Shown here one piece after another: positions 8,624 through 21,152 of a stretch of DNA of 64,000 bases (the stretch's first letter is position 1; the number at the start of each line of letters is the position of its first letter). Location: NCBI GenBank assembly GCA_965226885.1, contig CBDDEL010000015.1, positions 32,001 through 96,000 of the forward strand, read 5' to 3'. The notes beneath the pieces are model-generated. The model was given only the letters and a program-made list of their open reading frames with translations, was not told where the DNA came from and searched no databases. The stretch is from Opitutales bacterium. Its GTDB lineage: Bacteria > Verrucomicrobiota > Verrucomicrobiia > Opitutales > UBA2987. A program made the translations under genes and the position numbers.

Positions 8624-11164
8624 TCAATCCTCCACCGGCAAAGAATCGAGGTGCCAGACATCCCGCGCATATTCGCGGATGGTGCGATCGGTGGAAAACT
8701 TTCCCATGCGGGCGGTGTTGAGGATGGCCATGCGGGCCCAGCGCTCTTTGTCGCGATAGGCCAGGTCGATTTCCCGTTGCGTGCCAAGGTAAGATTCGAA
8801 ATCGGCCAGCAGGAGGAAGGGATCGCCGCCCTCAAGCAGGTTGCGCCGCAGGGGCGCCAGGGCGTAGGGGTCCTCCGGCGTGAAATGGTTAGACCCCAGC
8901 CAATCGACGGCATGGCGCAATTCGTCATTGGCATAATAATGGTCGAAAGGATTGTAGCCCTGCCTTTGCCGCTCTTCCACTTCTTCCACCGTGTGGCCGA
9001 AGATAAAAATATTTTCCTCGCCCACCTCTTCCTGGATTTCCACGTTGGCCCCGTCCAGGGTTCCGATGGTGACGGCGCCGTTGAGGGCCAGTTTCATGTT
9101 TCCGGTGCCGGAAGCCTCCTTCCCGGCCAAGGATATCTGTTCCGAGATATCGGCCGATGGAATAATGCGCTCGGCCAGGGTAATGCCGTAGTTGGGTAAG
9201 AAAACGACCTTGATTTTGCCCCCGATGCGGGGGTCGCTGTTGATTTTCGACCCCACCGCGTTGATGGCGTGGATGATGGTCTTGGCCAAATCGTAGCCGG
9301 GTGCCGCTTTGGCTGCAAAGACAAAGACCCGCGGGTGCATATCGTAATCGGGATCGTGCAGAATCCGGCGGTAGAGGGTCAGAATATGGAGCAGGTTGAG
9401 GTGCTGCCGCTTGTATTCATGCAATCGCTTGACCTGTACATCGAAAATGGCCTCGGTATCGACTTCCACCTGGCACAATTCGGCAATGATCGTGGCCAGT
9501 TCCTCCTTGTTCCGTTTCTTGGCCTCCATAAACCGCCGCTGGAAATCCTTGTCCTGAGCGAAGGGTTCGAGGTCGTGAAGTTTGTCCAGGTTCAGCGGCC
9601 AATCGCCGCCGATGGTTTCGTCGATCAGTTCGGACAAATGTGGATTGCAGGCCTTGAGCCAACGCCGTGGCGTTATGCCATTGGTTTTGTTGTTGAACTT
9701 ACGCGGATACAATTCGTTGAAAGTGGGGAAGAGGCGGCTTTTGAGCAATTTCGTGTGCAGGGCGGCCACGCCGTTGACCGAGTGGCAGCCCACCACGCTC
9801 AGGTGGGCCATGCGAATTTTCTTGGGACGGCCTTCTTCGACAAGGGAAAGTTCGCTCTTTTTGGCGTTGTCCCCCGGCCATTTCGCCTCCACCTCTTCTT
9901 CCAGGAAACGTCGGTTGATTTCGTAAAGTATTTGCAGATGGCGCGGAAGCACTTTTTCAAACAAGGGTACGCTCCATTTTTCCAGCGCTTCAGGCATCAG
10001 GGTATGGTTGGTGTAAGCAAAAACCTGGCCGCAGATTTGCCAGGCCTGGTCCCATTCCAGATGCTCGACATCGACCAAAAGCCGCATTAATTCGGGAATG
10101 GACACCGAGGGGTGGGTGTCATTGAGATGGAGGGCGATTTTTTCCGGGAAAGCGTCCCACCCGGCATTGAGGTTGCGGTAGCGTCGGATGATATCCTGCA
10201 GGGAACAGGAGACAAAAAAGTATTGCTGCACGAGGCGCAATTCCTTGCCGCTCTCGGTCTTGTCGTTGGGGTAGAGAACCTTGGAAATGGTCTCCCCTTC
10301 GGCCTTCTCGCGCACCGCCTCGACATAACCGCCCTCGAAAAACACGGCCAGGTCGAACTCCTCCGAGGCGCGGGATTCCCACAGGCGAAGAAAATTCACG
10401 GTATTGGCTCCGTAGCCACAGATGGGGAGGTCCCAGGGCACTCCCAAGATGGTTTTGGCGCCCACCCAGGAGGGCGAGCCTTCCCCGAAGTCATCGAAAT
10501 GTTCTTCTACATGCCCGTAAATTTTAACTTCGATGGCATACTCAGGGCGCATGATTTGCCAGGGATTGGGAAATTGCAGCCAGTTGTCCGGGTGCTCGAC
10601 CTGTTTGCCATCGAGGATTTCCTGCCGGAAAAGCCCGAATTCGTAATGGATGCCGTAACCGATGGCAGGCAGTTCCAGGGTGGCCAGGGAATCCAGGAAA
10701 CAGGCCGCCAAACGACCCAGCCCGCCGTTGCCCAGGCCCATCTCCACTTCTTCGTCGCAAAGGCCCTCCAGGCTCAACCCGAGGGAGGCCAAAGCTTTTT
10801 TGGTCGCTTCGAAAAGACCGGCGCTGTGCAAATTATTGGAAAGAAGCCGCCCCATGAGGTATTCGAGCGAAAGATAATAGACCCGGCGGGTGTTCTCAGC
10901 GTTGTGCACATCCATGGTTTTGATGAAACGCTCCATGATGCGGTCGCGCACCGCCATGCTGGTGGAGAGCCACCAATCCCGCCGCGTGGCCGTGTTGGGG
11001 TGGCGGGCCAGGGTGTATTTGAGGTGGTTTAAAATGGAGGTGGCCAGGCTCTCGAAATCGCTGTTGATATTGAACTTGAACCCATTGCTGGGCTTTAATA
11101 TCCGCTCGGCAAGATCGGATTTATGGTTTTTTGCCTTGGGGGGTTTGGCGGGTATGGATTTCAT
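8624..11164 (-). CDS. glgP: Glycogen/starch/alpha-glucan phosphorylase
   Basis: [39 protein letters not shown] and the PLP site EASGTGNMK. Start chosen at MKSIP (11164). Confidence 0.97.
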   Translation of the reverse strand: MKSIPAKPPKAKNHKSDLAERILKPSNGFKFNINSDFESLATSILNHLKYTLARHPNTATRRDWWLSTSMAVRDRIMERFIKTMDVHNAENTRRVYYLSLEYLMGRLLSNNLHSAGLFEATKKALASLGLSLEGLCDEEVEMGLGNGGLGRLAACFLDSLATLELPAIGYGIHYEFGLFRQEILDGKQVEHPDNWLQFPNPWQIMRPEYAIEVKIYGHVEEHFDDFGEGSPSWVGAKTILGVPWDLPICGYGANTVNFLRLWESRASEEFDLAVFFEGGYVEAVREKAEGETISKVLYPNDKTESGKELRLVQQYFFVSCSLQDIIRRYRNLNAGWDAFPEKIALHLNDTHPSVSIPELMRLLVDVEHLEWDQAWQICGQVFAYTNHTLMPEALEKWSVPLFEKVLPRHLQILYEINRRFLEEEVEAKWPGDNAKKSELSLVEEGRPKKIRMAHLSVVGCHSVNGVAALHTKLLKSRLFPTFNELYPRKFNNKTNGITPRRWLKACNPHLSELIDETIGGDWPLNLDKLHDLEPFAQDKDFQRRFMEAKKRNKEELATIIAELCQVEVDTEAIFDVQVKRLHEYKRQHLNLLHILTLYRRILHDPDYDMHPRVFVFAAKAAPGYDLAKTIIHAINAVGSKINSDPRIGGKIKVVFLPNYGITLAERIIPSADISEQISLAGKEASGTGNMKLALNGAVTIGTLDGANVEIQEEVGEENIFIFGHTVEEVEERQRQGYNPFDHYYANDELRHAVDWLGSNHFTPEDPYALAPLRRNLLEGGDPFLLLADFESYLGTQREIDLAYRDKERWARMAILNTARMGKFSTDRTIREYARDVWHLDSLPVED

Positions 11165-11259
11165 GAAATATTTAATGAAGGTGGGGAAGAATAGTCGCCG
11201 CAGACGAGGAGTGAAGTCCAAATTTAATTGATTTTAGGACAACAGCGGATCGGGTAGGT

Positions 11260-13023
11260 TCATTTTCCGAATTTTTTTTCCAGATCGCCGCGGGTAATTT
11301 CAAAAAATGTGGGCCTGCCTTTTGGATCGCTCAATGGATTTTGGCAGGACATAAGCCGCTCCGCCAACCGAATCACTTCCTCCCTCCCCGGGGGTTGGCC
11401 GGAACCGGCCATGCGGCTGGAGGCGAGCCGGGCAATTTCCTCCCTAGCCGGCTGCGGACGATCGGGGTTCAAACCGCGTTCCCGGAGCGAGCCGAGCAAA
11501 TCGCGGGCAAAACTCTCTCCCTGCCCAGGATCCAGCCATTCGGGCAAGGCTTCGATGCGATAGTAGTTGCGGCCGAATGGTTCGATGTCGAATCCATTGC
11601 CCCGAAAAAATTCGAGGTTCTCCTGCAGAGCGGCGGAGCCGAGCGCATCGAGTTCAAGCGGGATGGGAAAGAGGAGCTTCTGACGCCCAAGGGTGCGCCC
11701 CTCGGCGACGGCCAGAATTTCCTCGTAAAGAATCCGGCTCCTGGCCCCGCGCCAATTTAGAAGCACAAGACCGGTGTCCGTTTCGAAAGCGACATAAGAA
11801 CCGTGAGCGGTGCCTAAATAGCGCCAGTTCAAACGGCCCTCCGCGGCGGGCGCAGGACTTTGACTTTTTTTCGATTCTGTCTCAATGGACGGAGCGGCGG
11901 CGGTAGAGCCGTCATTTTCCCGTTGAACCGGCGCTTTCCCCGTCATCGGTCTGAGAATGGAACCGGCTGGACGATAGGTTCTTACGGGTTCAATCTCTGG
12001 CCGGATCTGGGCTGGTTCCGTATTCGGTGTTGCGGAAACCTCCTGCAGGCGCTCGAGAATTGCCCGAATAAAAAAATACCGCAGCTTTCCCTCTTCCCGG
12101 AAACGCACCTCGCGCTTGGCCGGATGCACGTTGATATCGACCAGGCCGGGTTCCACCTCGAGAAAGATGAAGGCCAGTGGATAACGGCCTTTAGGTATAT
12201 AGGTGTGGTACGCTTCGATGAGGCTGAATTTGAGGGTTCGGCTGTCCACAGGCCGCCGGTTTACATAAGTGACCAACTCGTGGCGGGTGGCACGCCCCAC
12301 TCCCGGTTTACCGATCAATCCCGTCAGTTTGAAATTTTCATCCTCCGCTTCGATTTCAATGAGCTGGCCGGCAATCTGTCGGCCAAATATTTCCCCCACC
12401 CGTTCGCGCAGGTTTTGGCAAACCGGCGAGCGAAAAAGGGTGCGGCCATTTTCCAAAAGTGAAAAAGAGGCGTTCGGGTTGGCCACCGCGAACAACCTCG
12501 ATAGGTGCACGATGTGGGCCGCCTCGGTATTGTCGGTTTTGAGGAATTTGCGGCGGGCCGGCACGGAGTGGAAAAGATGGGCCACCTCGATTTGGGAGCC
12601 CACCGGCATCCCGCATTCCTTGGTGTGGATGAACTTGCCGCCGTTGACAAATATTTCGGTTCCGTGGGGTTGGCCTTGGGCACGGGTGCGCAAGGTGAAA
12701 CGCGAGACACTGGCAATGGAGGGTAGCGCCTCGCCGCGAAACCCGTAGCTGCTGATTTTGAGGAGGTCGGCCGCTTCCCGAATTTTGCTGGTGCCATGCC
12801 GTTCGAGCGAGAGCAAAGCATCGTCTGGGCTCATGCCGTGCCCATTATCCTCCACCCGGATAAGGCTTTTCCCTCCCTTGCTGAATTCGATTTCGATCCG
12901 CCCGGCGCCAGCGTCGAGGCTGTTCTCTATAAGTTCTTTAACCACCGCCGCAGGCCGCTCAATGACCTCGCCGGCAGCGATTTGATTGGCTACGATATCG
13001 GGCAATATGCGAATGGAGGGCAT
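11260..13023 (-). CDS. mutL: DNA mismatch repair protein MutL
   Basis: [41 protein letters not shown]. Confidence 0.97.
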   Translation of the reverse strand: MPSIRILPDIVANQIAAGEVIERPAAVVKELIENSLDAGAGRIEIEFSKGGKSLIRVEDNGHGMSPDDALLSLERHGTSKIREAADLLKISSYGFRGEALPSIASVSRFTLRTRAQGQPHGTEIFVNGGKFIHTKECGMPVGSQIEVAHLFHSVPARRKFLKTDNTEAAHIVHLSRLFAVANPNASFSLLENGRTLFRSPVCQNLRERVGEIFGRQIAGQLIEIEAEDENFKLTGLIGKPGVGRATRHELVTYVNRRPVDSRTLKFSLIEAYHTYIPKGRYPLAFIFLEVEPGLVDINVHPAKREVRFREEGKLRYFFIRAILERLQEVSATPNTEPAQIRPEIEPVRTYRPAGSILRPMTGKAPVQRENDGSTAAAPSIETESKKSQSPAPAAEGRLNWRYLGTAHGSYVAFETDTGLVLLNWRGARSRILYEEILAVAEGRTLGRQKLLFPIPLELDALGSAALQENLEFFRGNGFDIEPFGRNYYRIEALPEWLDPGQGESFARDLLGSLRERGLNPDRPQPAREEIARLASSRMAGSGQPPGREEVIRLAERLMSCQNPLSDPKGRPTFFEITRGDLEKKFGK

Positions 13024-13137
13024 CTTCCTGAAAAAGGCTACACTGGCCCAAACAATTCATTGTTGAAAGAGAAAAGCCGGGAATTATTTGCATTTTTCAA
13101 TCCCTTGAGAAAAACTGTTTTCTTCCTTCCAAGCATT

Positions 13138-15150
13138 ATGCCCAACCTTCTCGCCAAGGAAAAAAGTCTTTATTTGCGCCAACATGGCGACAATCCAGTG
13201 GATTGGCGGCCCTGGGGCCCGGATGCCCTGGCCGAAGCCAAAGAGACGAACAAGCCGCTCCTCCTTTCCATCGGTTACAGTTCCTGCCACTGGTGCCATG
13301 TGATGGCCCACGAGTCCTTTGAGGATGAATACATTGCGGGGATCATGAACGAGCATTTCGTCTGCGTGAAAATCGACCGCGAAGAACGGCCCGACCTCGA
13401 CAAAATTTACATGGAGGCGGTGCAGATGCTCAACGGCCAGGGCGGCTGGCCCTTGAACGTTTTCTGCCTCCCGGATGGCCGGCCCTTCGCCGGAGGCACT
13501 TATTTCCCACCCACAGACCGTGGGCAGGGCCTCATCCCCTGGCCCCAGCTATTGGCCAGGATTTCGGATTTTTACCATCGGGAGAGGGAAAAGCTGGAGG
13601 AAAACGCTCAATCAATCCTGCAAAACATGGAAACCGCCGGGAAGGCCCTGGTCGACGACGAAGCAGAAGGCAGCCTGGGCCAACCGCAGCTCCTCGCCAC
13701 CAGCCATGCTATTTGCAGCACCCATGACGACGAGTGGGGCGGTTTCGGAGGGGCGCCCAAGTTTCCACCTTCAATGACCCTCAATTACCTGCTGGAAATG
13801 CGCAATACCGCTTCCATTGATGAGCGCAACCCCTCATTTGCCCGAAGAATCGACGAGGTGGCTCAAAAGACCCTCGACGGCATGGCCCTGGGGGGTATTT
13901 ACGACCAAATAGGGGGCGGTTTTGCCCGCTACAGCGTAGATCGTTATTGGCGCATACCACATTTCGAGAAAATGCTCTACGACAACGCCCTCTTGCTGGA
14001 TATTTTCACTAAAGGCTGGCTGCGCTTCCGAAATCCGCTCTACCGGGCAGTGGTGGAGGAAACGATTGGCTGGCTGAAGCGGGAAATGCGTTCTCCCGGC
14101 GGCGGCTATTATTCCTCTCTGGATGCCGACAGCGAAGGGGTGGAGGGAAAGTTTCAGGTTTGGAACCCAGTTCAGGTAAAGGAAATTCTGGGCCAGCGCG
14201 ATGGCGACGAGTTTTGCCAGGTTTACGGCATCACCGAGGAAGGGAATTTTGAAAACGGATTTTCCAACCCGGTTCTGGCCGACGACGATTTTGAAAAACG
14301 CCAGGCCATGACCCCGCTGAGGGAAAAAATGCTCCGCGTCCGCCAACAAAGAGTGGGACCGGGAAAAGACCTCAAGCAATTGACGAGCTGGAATAGCCTG
14401 CTCATACGAGGGTTGGCCGAAGCCGGTTTCTATATGGGACAAAGGGATTGGCTGCGCGCCGCCCGCCATGCGGCCGACTGGATTTGGGATAATCTGCGGT
14501 TCGGCGAGGACCGCCTCCATGCCGCCTACTACGAGGGCGAGGCCCATTTGAACGGCTACCTTGACGATTATGCATTTTATGCCGAGGCGCTGCTCTCCCT
14601 GGCCGCCAAAATCGATTGGATGGAAGAAGGGACAGGCCAAACTTATATCGACAGGGCGCGAATATTGGTGGACTCAATTTTACGAAACTTTGCCGACCCC
14701 GGCGGCCAACCCGGGTTCTATTTCACCAGTGATGATCATGAGCGGCTCGTCCATCGTCAAAAGGAATGGTGGGACAACCCGATTCCTTGCGGAAACTCCA
14801 GTCTTATCCACTGTTTTTCATGCCTCTATGCTTTGACTGGAAAGGATCGCTACCGGGAAGAAATGGAAAACCTTCGCGCCGCCTATCCGGTTTTAGCCCA
14901 AAGATACCCCAGCGGAATCGCCCACGCCTTGGCTGGCTATACCGCAGATGCCATCGGAATCGTGGTCATCAAGAAGAAAGGGCCGGGTTCTCTTGATGTT
15001 CTACAGCAATCCCTGGCCGGCAAACCCTGGCGCCGGGTATTTCTTATGGCCACGCAAGACGAAGCTCAACCGGAGGGCTTCCAGATGTGTGTGGGAACCC
15101 GCTGCCTGGCACCCACCGCGAAACCGGAAACGCTCCTGCAATATATCTGA
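13138..15150 (+). CDS. Thioredoxin-domain protein, YyaL/DUF255 (SPATA20-like)
   Basis: [55 protein letters not shown]. Start reset to ATG 13138. Confidence 0.93.
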   Translation: MPNLLAKEKSLYLRQHGDNPVDWRPWGPDALAEAKETNKPLLLSIGYSSCHWCHVMAHESFEDEYIAGIMNEHFVCVKIDREERPDLDKIYMEAVQMLNGQGGWPLNVFCLPDGRPFAGGTYFPPTDRGQGLIPWPQLLARISDFYHREREKLEENAQSILQNMETAGKALVDDEAEGSLGQPQLLATSHAICSTHDDEWGGFGGAPKFPPSMTLNYLLEMRNTASIDERNPSFARRIDEVAQKTLDGMALGGIYDQIGGGFARYSVDRYWRIPHFEKMLYDNALLLDIFTKGWLRFRNPLYRAVVEETIGWLKREMRSPGGGYYSSLDADSEGVEGKFQVWNPVQVKEILGQRDGDEFCQVYGITEEGNFENGFSNPVLADDDFEKRQAMTPLREKMLRVRQQRVGPGKDLKQLTSWNSLLIRGLAEAGFYMGQRDWLRAARHAADWIWDNLRFGEDRLHAAYYEGEAHLNGYLDDYAFYAEALLSLAAKIDWMEEGTGQTYIDRARILVDSILRNFADPGGQPGFYFTSDDHERLVHRQKEWWDNPIPCGNSSLIHCFSCLYALTGKDRYREEMENLRAAYPVLAQRYPSGIAHALAGYTADAIGIVVIKKKGPGSLDVLQQSLAGKPWRRVFLMATQDEAQPEGFQMCVGTRCLAPTAKPETLLQYI

Positions 15151-15268
15151 CTTGGCGCTTGAAACGCGTTAACGCATTTCTTTTTATTAAGTTTGAATGG
15201 AGCGGTTGGTTTATAGTCCGGCCGTTCCCATAAATCTTCTAATCATAAATTAAATCAGGAAAATCATT

Positions 15269-15709
15269 ATGTCAAAAATCGTACCCCTCCTCAGTTCGGG
15301 CTCCTCCGGGCCTCTCGGCGTCCTTCATCTTCCACGCCTCTGGCTGAAATCTTCACTCGGAGCCACCGGTCAGCTTCACGACGATTACCCCGCTTGCGGC
15401 GAGGGCTATGATGCCATGGTGCTCAACGGCCTCGGTCTGGACCGGGAGGCGTTTTTGAATTTCATCAAGGAAAAAAAGCCCACCTACTGCGAAACCGAGG
15501 CCTGGATACTCGAGCAGAAAGGCGGTTCGCTTGATCAGGCAGCGGTCAAGGAATTGAACGATGCCATTACCGGCTACATTCACGCGGAGGACACCCGCAC
15601 GGAAATTCTCGATTCTTGCGACCTCAGCCACGAAGGCGCCTGCCGGGATGCCGTCAACCTGAACAACCTGGACGATTGGAAAATTTTCCACGATACCACT
15701 CTAGCCTGA
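15269..15709 (+). CDS. DUF5069-like protein
   Basis: GPLGVLHLPRLWLK and C-terminal NNLDDW motifs, recognised by eye. Confidence 0.7.
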   Translation: MSKIVPLLSSGSSGPLGVLHLPRLWLKSSLGATGQLHDDYPACGEGYDAMVLNGLGLDREAFLNFIKEKKPTYCETEAWILEQKGGSLDQAAVKELNDAITGYIHAEDTRTEILDSCDLSHEGACRDAVNLNNLDDWKIFHDTTLA

Positions 15710-15916
15710 GCGTTTCGGTAACATTTCTGAAAAGAGGCTCCCGGCCATAGTTTCCTTGTCCAATTCCTTTCCTCATCCGTTAGCGGTAGGAAGAGGCTTT
15801 TGATTTCCTGTTTTTAATCTGAATATTGATGGAAACCGTCCTCACTCCATCCGAGGCCCGTGTGCTCGGTTGTTTGCTGGAAAAGGAGATGACCACGCCC
15901 GAATACTATCCGCTAA

Positions 15917-17483
15917 CCCGGAAATTTCATAAAAAAAGTATCGCTGATATGCTTATCTGCTGATATACAGCAGGATAGATTAAACATTAAAGCAATATCA
16001 GCGATGACAAAAAGTAAACAATTAGAACTACAGTTGACAAGGGTAAAAGGCCGCCGTGTGCGGGTTGATTTTAAGGGCGGTGAGGTTACTTCGGATGCCG
16101 GGCTGCTTTTGATCCGGGAAGTGGATCGGCGGTTGGGCTTGACCGAGCAAGCGGCCCGGCAATTAGTAGACAAACGGCAGAAGGGCAAAGTGCGCCATGA
16201 GATGCTGGCCATGATCCGGCAGCGCGTTTACGGGCTGGTGGCGGGCTATGAGGATTTGAACGACTTTGACACCCTGCGCCGCGATCCTTTGTTGCAAACG
16301 GTAACGGGGCGCACTGAAGCGTTGGCCAGCGCGCCGACTTTGTGTCGTTTTGAAAACGGGCAGGATCGGCGGGCAGCCTTTGCCCTGAACGAGTTGCTGG
16401 TCGAACAGTTCATCGGATCCTTTGCCGAGGAACCCGAAGAGATCATCCTGGACTTTGACGCCACCGACAATCCGGTGTACGGGCTCCAGGAGGGACGTTT
16501 TTTCCACGGTTATTATGATCATTACTGTTTTTTGCCGCTGTATGTTTTTTGCGGCGATCAGCTTCTGGTGGCCTACCTGCGGCCCAGCAAGATCGATGCG
16601 AGCAAGCATGCCGGGGCCATCCTCAAATTGCTGGTTAAACGGATTCGCCAAAGCTGGCCCCATACGCGGATTATTTGGCGTGCCGACAGCGGATTCTGCC
16701 GGGATCGGATTCTCTCGTGGTGCGAGCGCAACGAGGTTTATTTTATAGTGGGAACGGCCCGCCATGCACGCTTGCAGCAAGCGGCCCGGCAGTTGCAGGA
16801 GCAAGCCAAACAATGGTTCGAGGGTAGCGGCAAAAAGCAACGGCTGTTTCAGCACTTCGAGTATGGGGCAAAATCGTGGCGGCGCCAACGCCTTATCATC
16901 CACAAAGCCGAACACACCGCACAGGGGTCCAACCCGCGCTTCGTGGTGACGAACCTGCCGGGCGATCCCCAAGAGCTTTACGACAAAGTATACTGTGGCC
17001 GCGGTGAGATGGAGAACCGGATCAAGGAACAGATGCAATTGTTCAGCGAACGCACCAGCGCGCATAAATGGTGGGCCAACCAGTGGCGATTGCTCTTGTC
17101 GGGGCTGGCCTACACCTTGATGGAAGCCTTGCGCCGGTTCGCATTAAAAGGGACGAAGTGGGCGCGGCTCCAATGCCACAGTCTACGGCTAAAATTAATC
17201 AAGATCGGAGCGGTCATCGTGCGCAACACCCGAACGATTCACTTTCATCTAAGTGAAAGTTATCCATGGGCCAGTCTTTTCAACCATGCGGCCCGCCGGT
17301 TGGTGCCAACCTAAAGGGCGCATTGGCGCTGCCCCCGGCGCTACCGAACCAATGGGGGAAAGGGGGAAGTGTCTCTACACCCTGAAAAACACCTCAAAAT
17401 CAAGACGATCCGCCCAAAATACAAAGAAATCCATCTCCAATAGCAATAACGAGCCAAACTTTACCCTTCATGAAATATCCGGG
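15917..17483 (+). mobile_element. IS1380-family element, variant A (1567 bp)
   Basis: IRs CCCGGAAATTTCAT/ATGAAATATCCGGG, CTAA duplication at 15913-15916 and 17484-17487. Confidence 0.95.
16004..17314 (+). CDS. IS1380-family transposase
   Basis: FKGGEVTSDAG, GYEDLND, LDFDATD, RADSGF, RGEMENRIKE. Confidence 0.95.
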   Translation: MTKSKQLELQLTRVKGRRVRVDFKGGEVTSDAGLLLIREVDRRLGLTEQAARQLVDKRQKGKVRHEMLAMIRQRVYGLVAGYEDLNDFDTLRRDPLLQTVTGRTEALASAPTLCRFENGQDRRAAFALNELLVEQFIGSFAEEPEEIILDFDATDNPVYGLQEGRFFHGYYDHYCFLPLYVFCGDQLLVAYLRPSKIDASKHAGAILKLLVKRIRQSWPHTRIIWRADSGFCRDRILSWCERNEVYFIVGTARHARLQQAARQLQEQAKQWFEGSGKKQRLFQHFEYGAKSWRRQRLIIHKAEHTAQGSNPRFVVTNLPGDPQELYDKVYCGRGEMENRIKEQMQLFSERTSAHKWWANQWRLLLSGLAYTLMEALRRFALKGTKWARLQCHSLRLKLIKIGAVIVRNTRTIHFHLSESYPWASLFNHAARRLVPT

Positions 17484-18968
17484 CTAACCCTCAACAGCCT
17501 CATCGCCGCCTGCAACCAGAAATCCAACCGCGACCCGGTGGTCGATTTCAGCGAAACGACGGTAAATGAAGCGGTCAAAGGTTTGAGGCAAAAACGGCTC
17601 GCATACGGCTCGCATTTCGCCTCGACATGGCTGGCTCGCGGGTTCCCAAATACCGCCATAGCCTGCCAACGATCCTCAAGTTGCCGGAAAAGGGAGCGGC
17701 CCTCCTCTGCCTTATGTTATTAAGAGGATTTCAAACGATTGGAGAATTGCGCCAACGAACCAGCCGCATGGCCGAGTTCGAGGATTTGAAGGAAGTAGAG
17801 GCCACCCTGGCCGAAATGGAAAACCTCTATCCCGAACCGGTGGTTAAAGTCCTGCCTCTGCAACCGGGCAAAAAAGAGCGCCGTTACACCCAACTCCTCT
17901 GCGGAGAGCCCGAGATTGTCGAAACGCTCTTCGAGACCATCGTCCACCCCGCCGCCGCAATTCGACTTCCAGGAAATGGAGAAATTGAAAAACCAGGTGC
18001 AAACCCTGCAAAACGAAATCGCCGCCCTACGAACCAAATTCGAGTCCTTCAAAAAGCAATTCGAGTGATTGTTTAGCTCATCCAGCTAATCAGAACCTTT
18101 TATTTACGATAGCACTCCTTAAGTTCGCGCCATACCAGTCAAGTACCCTTGGGAATTCGCTTCGCTATTGAATCGATTACTCTAAAACAATTACTTTAAA
18201 ATTCTTTTCCGCACCGGGCTAACCCGGATATTTCATGAAGGGTAAAGTTTGGCTCGTTATTGCTATTGCTATTGGAGATGGATTTCTTTGTATTTTGAGC
18301 AGATCGTCTTGATTTTTAGGTGTTTTTCAGGGTGTAGAGACACTGCCCCCTTTCCCCCATTGGTTCGGTAGTGCCGGGGGCAGCACCAATGCACCCTTTA
18401 GGTTGGCACCAATCGGCGGGCCGCATGGTTGAAAAGACTGGCCCAAGGATAACTCTCACTTAGGTGAAAGTGAATCGTTCGGGTGTTGCGCACGATGACC
18501 GCTCCGATCTTGATTAATTTGAGCCGCAGGGTGTGGCATTGGGCCCGCGCCCACTTCGTCCCTTTTAAGGCTAACCGGCGCATGGCTTCCATCAAGGTGT
18601 AGGCCAGCGCCGACAAGAGCAATCGCCACTGATTGGCCCACCATTGATGGGCGCTGGTGCGCTCGCTGAACAATTGCATCTGTTCCTTGATTCGGTTCTC
18701 CATTTCACCGCGGCCACAGTATACCTTGTCGTAAAGCTCCTGGGGATCGCCCGGCAGGTTCGTCACCACGAAGCGCGGGTTGGACCCCTGTGCGGTGTGT
18801 TCGGCTTTATGGATGACCAACCGCAGCCATCGCCACGAATCGGCAGCATAGACGAAGTCCTGGAATAACCGTTGTTTTTTACCCCTTAGTTCGAACCATT
18901 CTTTGGCCTGCTTTTGCAACTGCTGGGCGTCTTGCTGCAAGCGTGCATTGCGAGCCATCCCCACGATG

Positions 18969-20295
18969 TGATGTGCACTGGAAAAGTGGACACGAGATTC
19001 TCCTAAATGGAGAATCGAAGCATGGGAAGAAGACGCTTTAGTATAGAGTTCAAAAATGAGGCAGTTCAACTGATGATACTCGATGGTCTGAGCGCCACCG
19101 AGGTATCGACCAAACTTGGGGTCAACACCAACCAATTGTATAGGTGGAAGAGGCTCTATCTGGACGATCAGCAGGGCGAAGCCACCTCAAAGCGACAGAG
19201 CAGTCCGAAGGAGATGGCGGCCGAGATAGATCGTCTTCGCAAAGAGCTGCGCCGCTCGGAGCGGATCAACCAGATACTAAAAAAAACGGTGGGCTACTTT
19301 GCCAAGGACGAACAATGAAGTACCAGTTTGTCAAAGACAACGAGGGGCGCTTCAAGATCGAGGAAATATGCTCGGCGATGGGGATTTGTCGCAGTGGCTA
19401 TTACTGCTGGAGGCACCGAGCGCCCTCGGCCCGGCGGATCGAGGACGAGGGAATCAAGGGGGCGATCCTGAAGGTACACAAAGAGGCCAAGGGCCGCTAT
19501 GGGCATCGGCCAATGCACCGCCATCTGAAGGATGATGAGGGCATCGATTGCGGCCGTGACCGGGCTCTGCGTCTGATGCGTGAAATGGGAATCAAAAGCA
19601 CCCAGAGTAAACGCTTTAAGCCATTAAAAACCAACAGTAACCATCCCTATGGTTACAGCCCCAATGTGCTTAAAAAGCATGGCCAGCCGACCCATATCGA
19701 CGAGGTCTGGGTGGCGGACACGACCTACCTACGGACCCTGGCCGGTTGGATGTACTTGGCCACGGTGATGGACCTGTTCAGCCGACGCCTGCTGGGCTGG
19801 AGCGTTTCCAACCACAACGACGCGAAGCTGGTTGGCAAGGCCCTCAAAGCCGCGGCCATGACCCGCGGCACACTGCGCACCGGGATTATTCATCACAGCG
19901 ATCGGGGCAGCCCCTACGCCAGCGACGACTATCAGAGGCTGGTCTCTGAACTAGGCATGAAGCCGAGCATGAGCGCCCAAGGCAACTGCTACGACAACGC
20001 GGCCATGGAATCGTTCTACGGCCGCTTCAAGACCAGCACGATTCGAGGCCGCCACTTTGCCGACGAGCGCGAACTGCGATCAACTGTCTTCGAATACGTG
20101 GAAATCTTCTACAACCGATATCGCAAACATTCCTCTCTGAGTTACCAAAGCCCAGTCCAATTCGAGGAAAATATTTGCCCCCCATGGGGGGCAACGAGAA
20201 AACAAAACCCTTTACCAAAACAAGCCGCCTGACACACTAATCAATAAACAATGAATATAAGAGAATCCCGTGTCCAACAAATCCAGTACACGTCA
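18969..20295 (+). mobile_element. IS3-family element (1327 bp)
   Basis: TG...CA ends with imperfect ~35-bp IRs (TGATGTGCACTGG..GGACACGAGATTCTC). 3-bp ATG duplication at 18966-18968 and 20296-20298. Confidence 0.95.
19007..20232 (+). CDS. IS3-family transposase OrfA/OrfB (probable programmed -1 frameshift)
   Basis: OrfA 19007-19318 (RRRFSIEFK, ILKK). A-run slippery site near 19280. OrfB has WVADTTY, MDLFSRR, HSDRGS, DNAAMES. Confidence 0.92.
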
Positions 20296-21152
20296 ATGTA
20301 ACTAACTTCGTTGCGGTCGCACCAAGAGAGTATCCGGTCTCGACAAAATCCACTGTCGGCGCGCCAAATAATCCGCGTACGGGGCCAGCTTTGGCGAATC
20401 CGTTTAACCAGCAATTTGAGGATGGCCCCGGCATGCTTGCTGGCATCGATCTTGCTCGGCCGCAGGTAGGCCACCAGCAGCTGATCACCGCAAAAAACAT
20501 ATAGCGGCAGAAAACAGTAATGATCATAATAACCGTGGAAAAACCGTCCCTCCTGGAGCCCGTGCACCGGATTGTCGGTGGCGTCAAAGTCCAGAATGAT
20601 CTCTTCGGGTTCCTCGGCAAAGGAGCCCATGAACTGTTCGACCAACAGCTCGTTTACCGCAAAGGCCGCCCGCCGATCCTGCCCGTTTTCAAAACGACAC
20701 AAAGTCGGCGCGCTGGCCAACGTTTCAATGCGCCCCGTTACCGTTTGCAACAATGGATCGTGGCGCAGGGTATCAAAGTCGTTCAAATCCTCATAGCCCG
20801 CCACCAGCCCGTAAACGCGCTGCCGCAGCATCCCCAATACCTCATGGCGTACTTTGCCCTTCTGCCGTTTGTCCACTAACTGTCGGGCCGCTCGTTCGGT
20901 CAAGCCCAACTGCCGATCCACTTCCCGGATCAAAAGCAGTCCGGCATCCGAAGTAACCTCTCCGCCCTTGAAATCAACCCGCACACGGCGGCCTTTTACC
21001 CTTGTCAACTGTAGCTTTAATTGTTTACCTTTTGTCATCGCTGATATTGCTTTAATTATTGATCTATCCTGCTGTATATCAGCAGTTAAGCATATCAACG
21101 ATACTTTTTTTACGAAATATCCGGGCTAAGTCGTTGCCGTCTTCAATCCCGT

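Larger units (their letters stand above)
15829..18068 (+). pseudogene. yceH: YceH/DUF480 family pseudogene (IS1380 insertion plus frameshifts)
   Basis: [29 protein letters not shown] is interrupted by the IS, then resumes TLNSLIAACNQKSNRDPV. An 11-bp duplication at 17594-17615 and a second frameshift near 17930 follow. Ends ...FKKQFE* at 18068. Confidence 0.92.
18398..21038 (-). pseudogene. IS1380 transposase split by IS3 insertion
   Basis: N-terminal half ends ...RNEVSYI and C-terminal half starts VGMARNARLQ. Both match the intact copies at 55833 and 58663. Confidence 0.93.
18223..21125 (-). mobile_element. IS1380-family element, variant B, interrupted by an IS3-family element
   Basis: Same IRs, CTAA duplication at 18219-18222 and 21126-21129. 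Carries an extra 6-bp (tattgc) duplication near 18260. Confidence 0.95.

Noticed and set aside
9269..11032. Long antisense ORFs over glgP (and similarly over ftsK, the MMPL gene, the MTAP-like gene and ftsH)
   Set aside because: Expected shadows of GC-rich coding sequence, with no motifs of their own.
12796..13137. Extended N-termini given by the ORF track (YyaL here; also the methyltransferase, dnaJ, SDR and rpoZ)
   Set aside because: They overlap neighbouring genes or precede the family-typical N-terminus, so downstream starts were chosen.
18110..18140. CIRCE (HrcA) operator
   Set aside because: Only a TAGCACTC half-site is present, with no second arm, and it is far from grpE-dnaJ. None was seen upstream of grpE.
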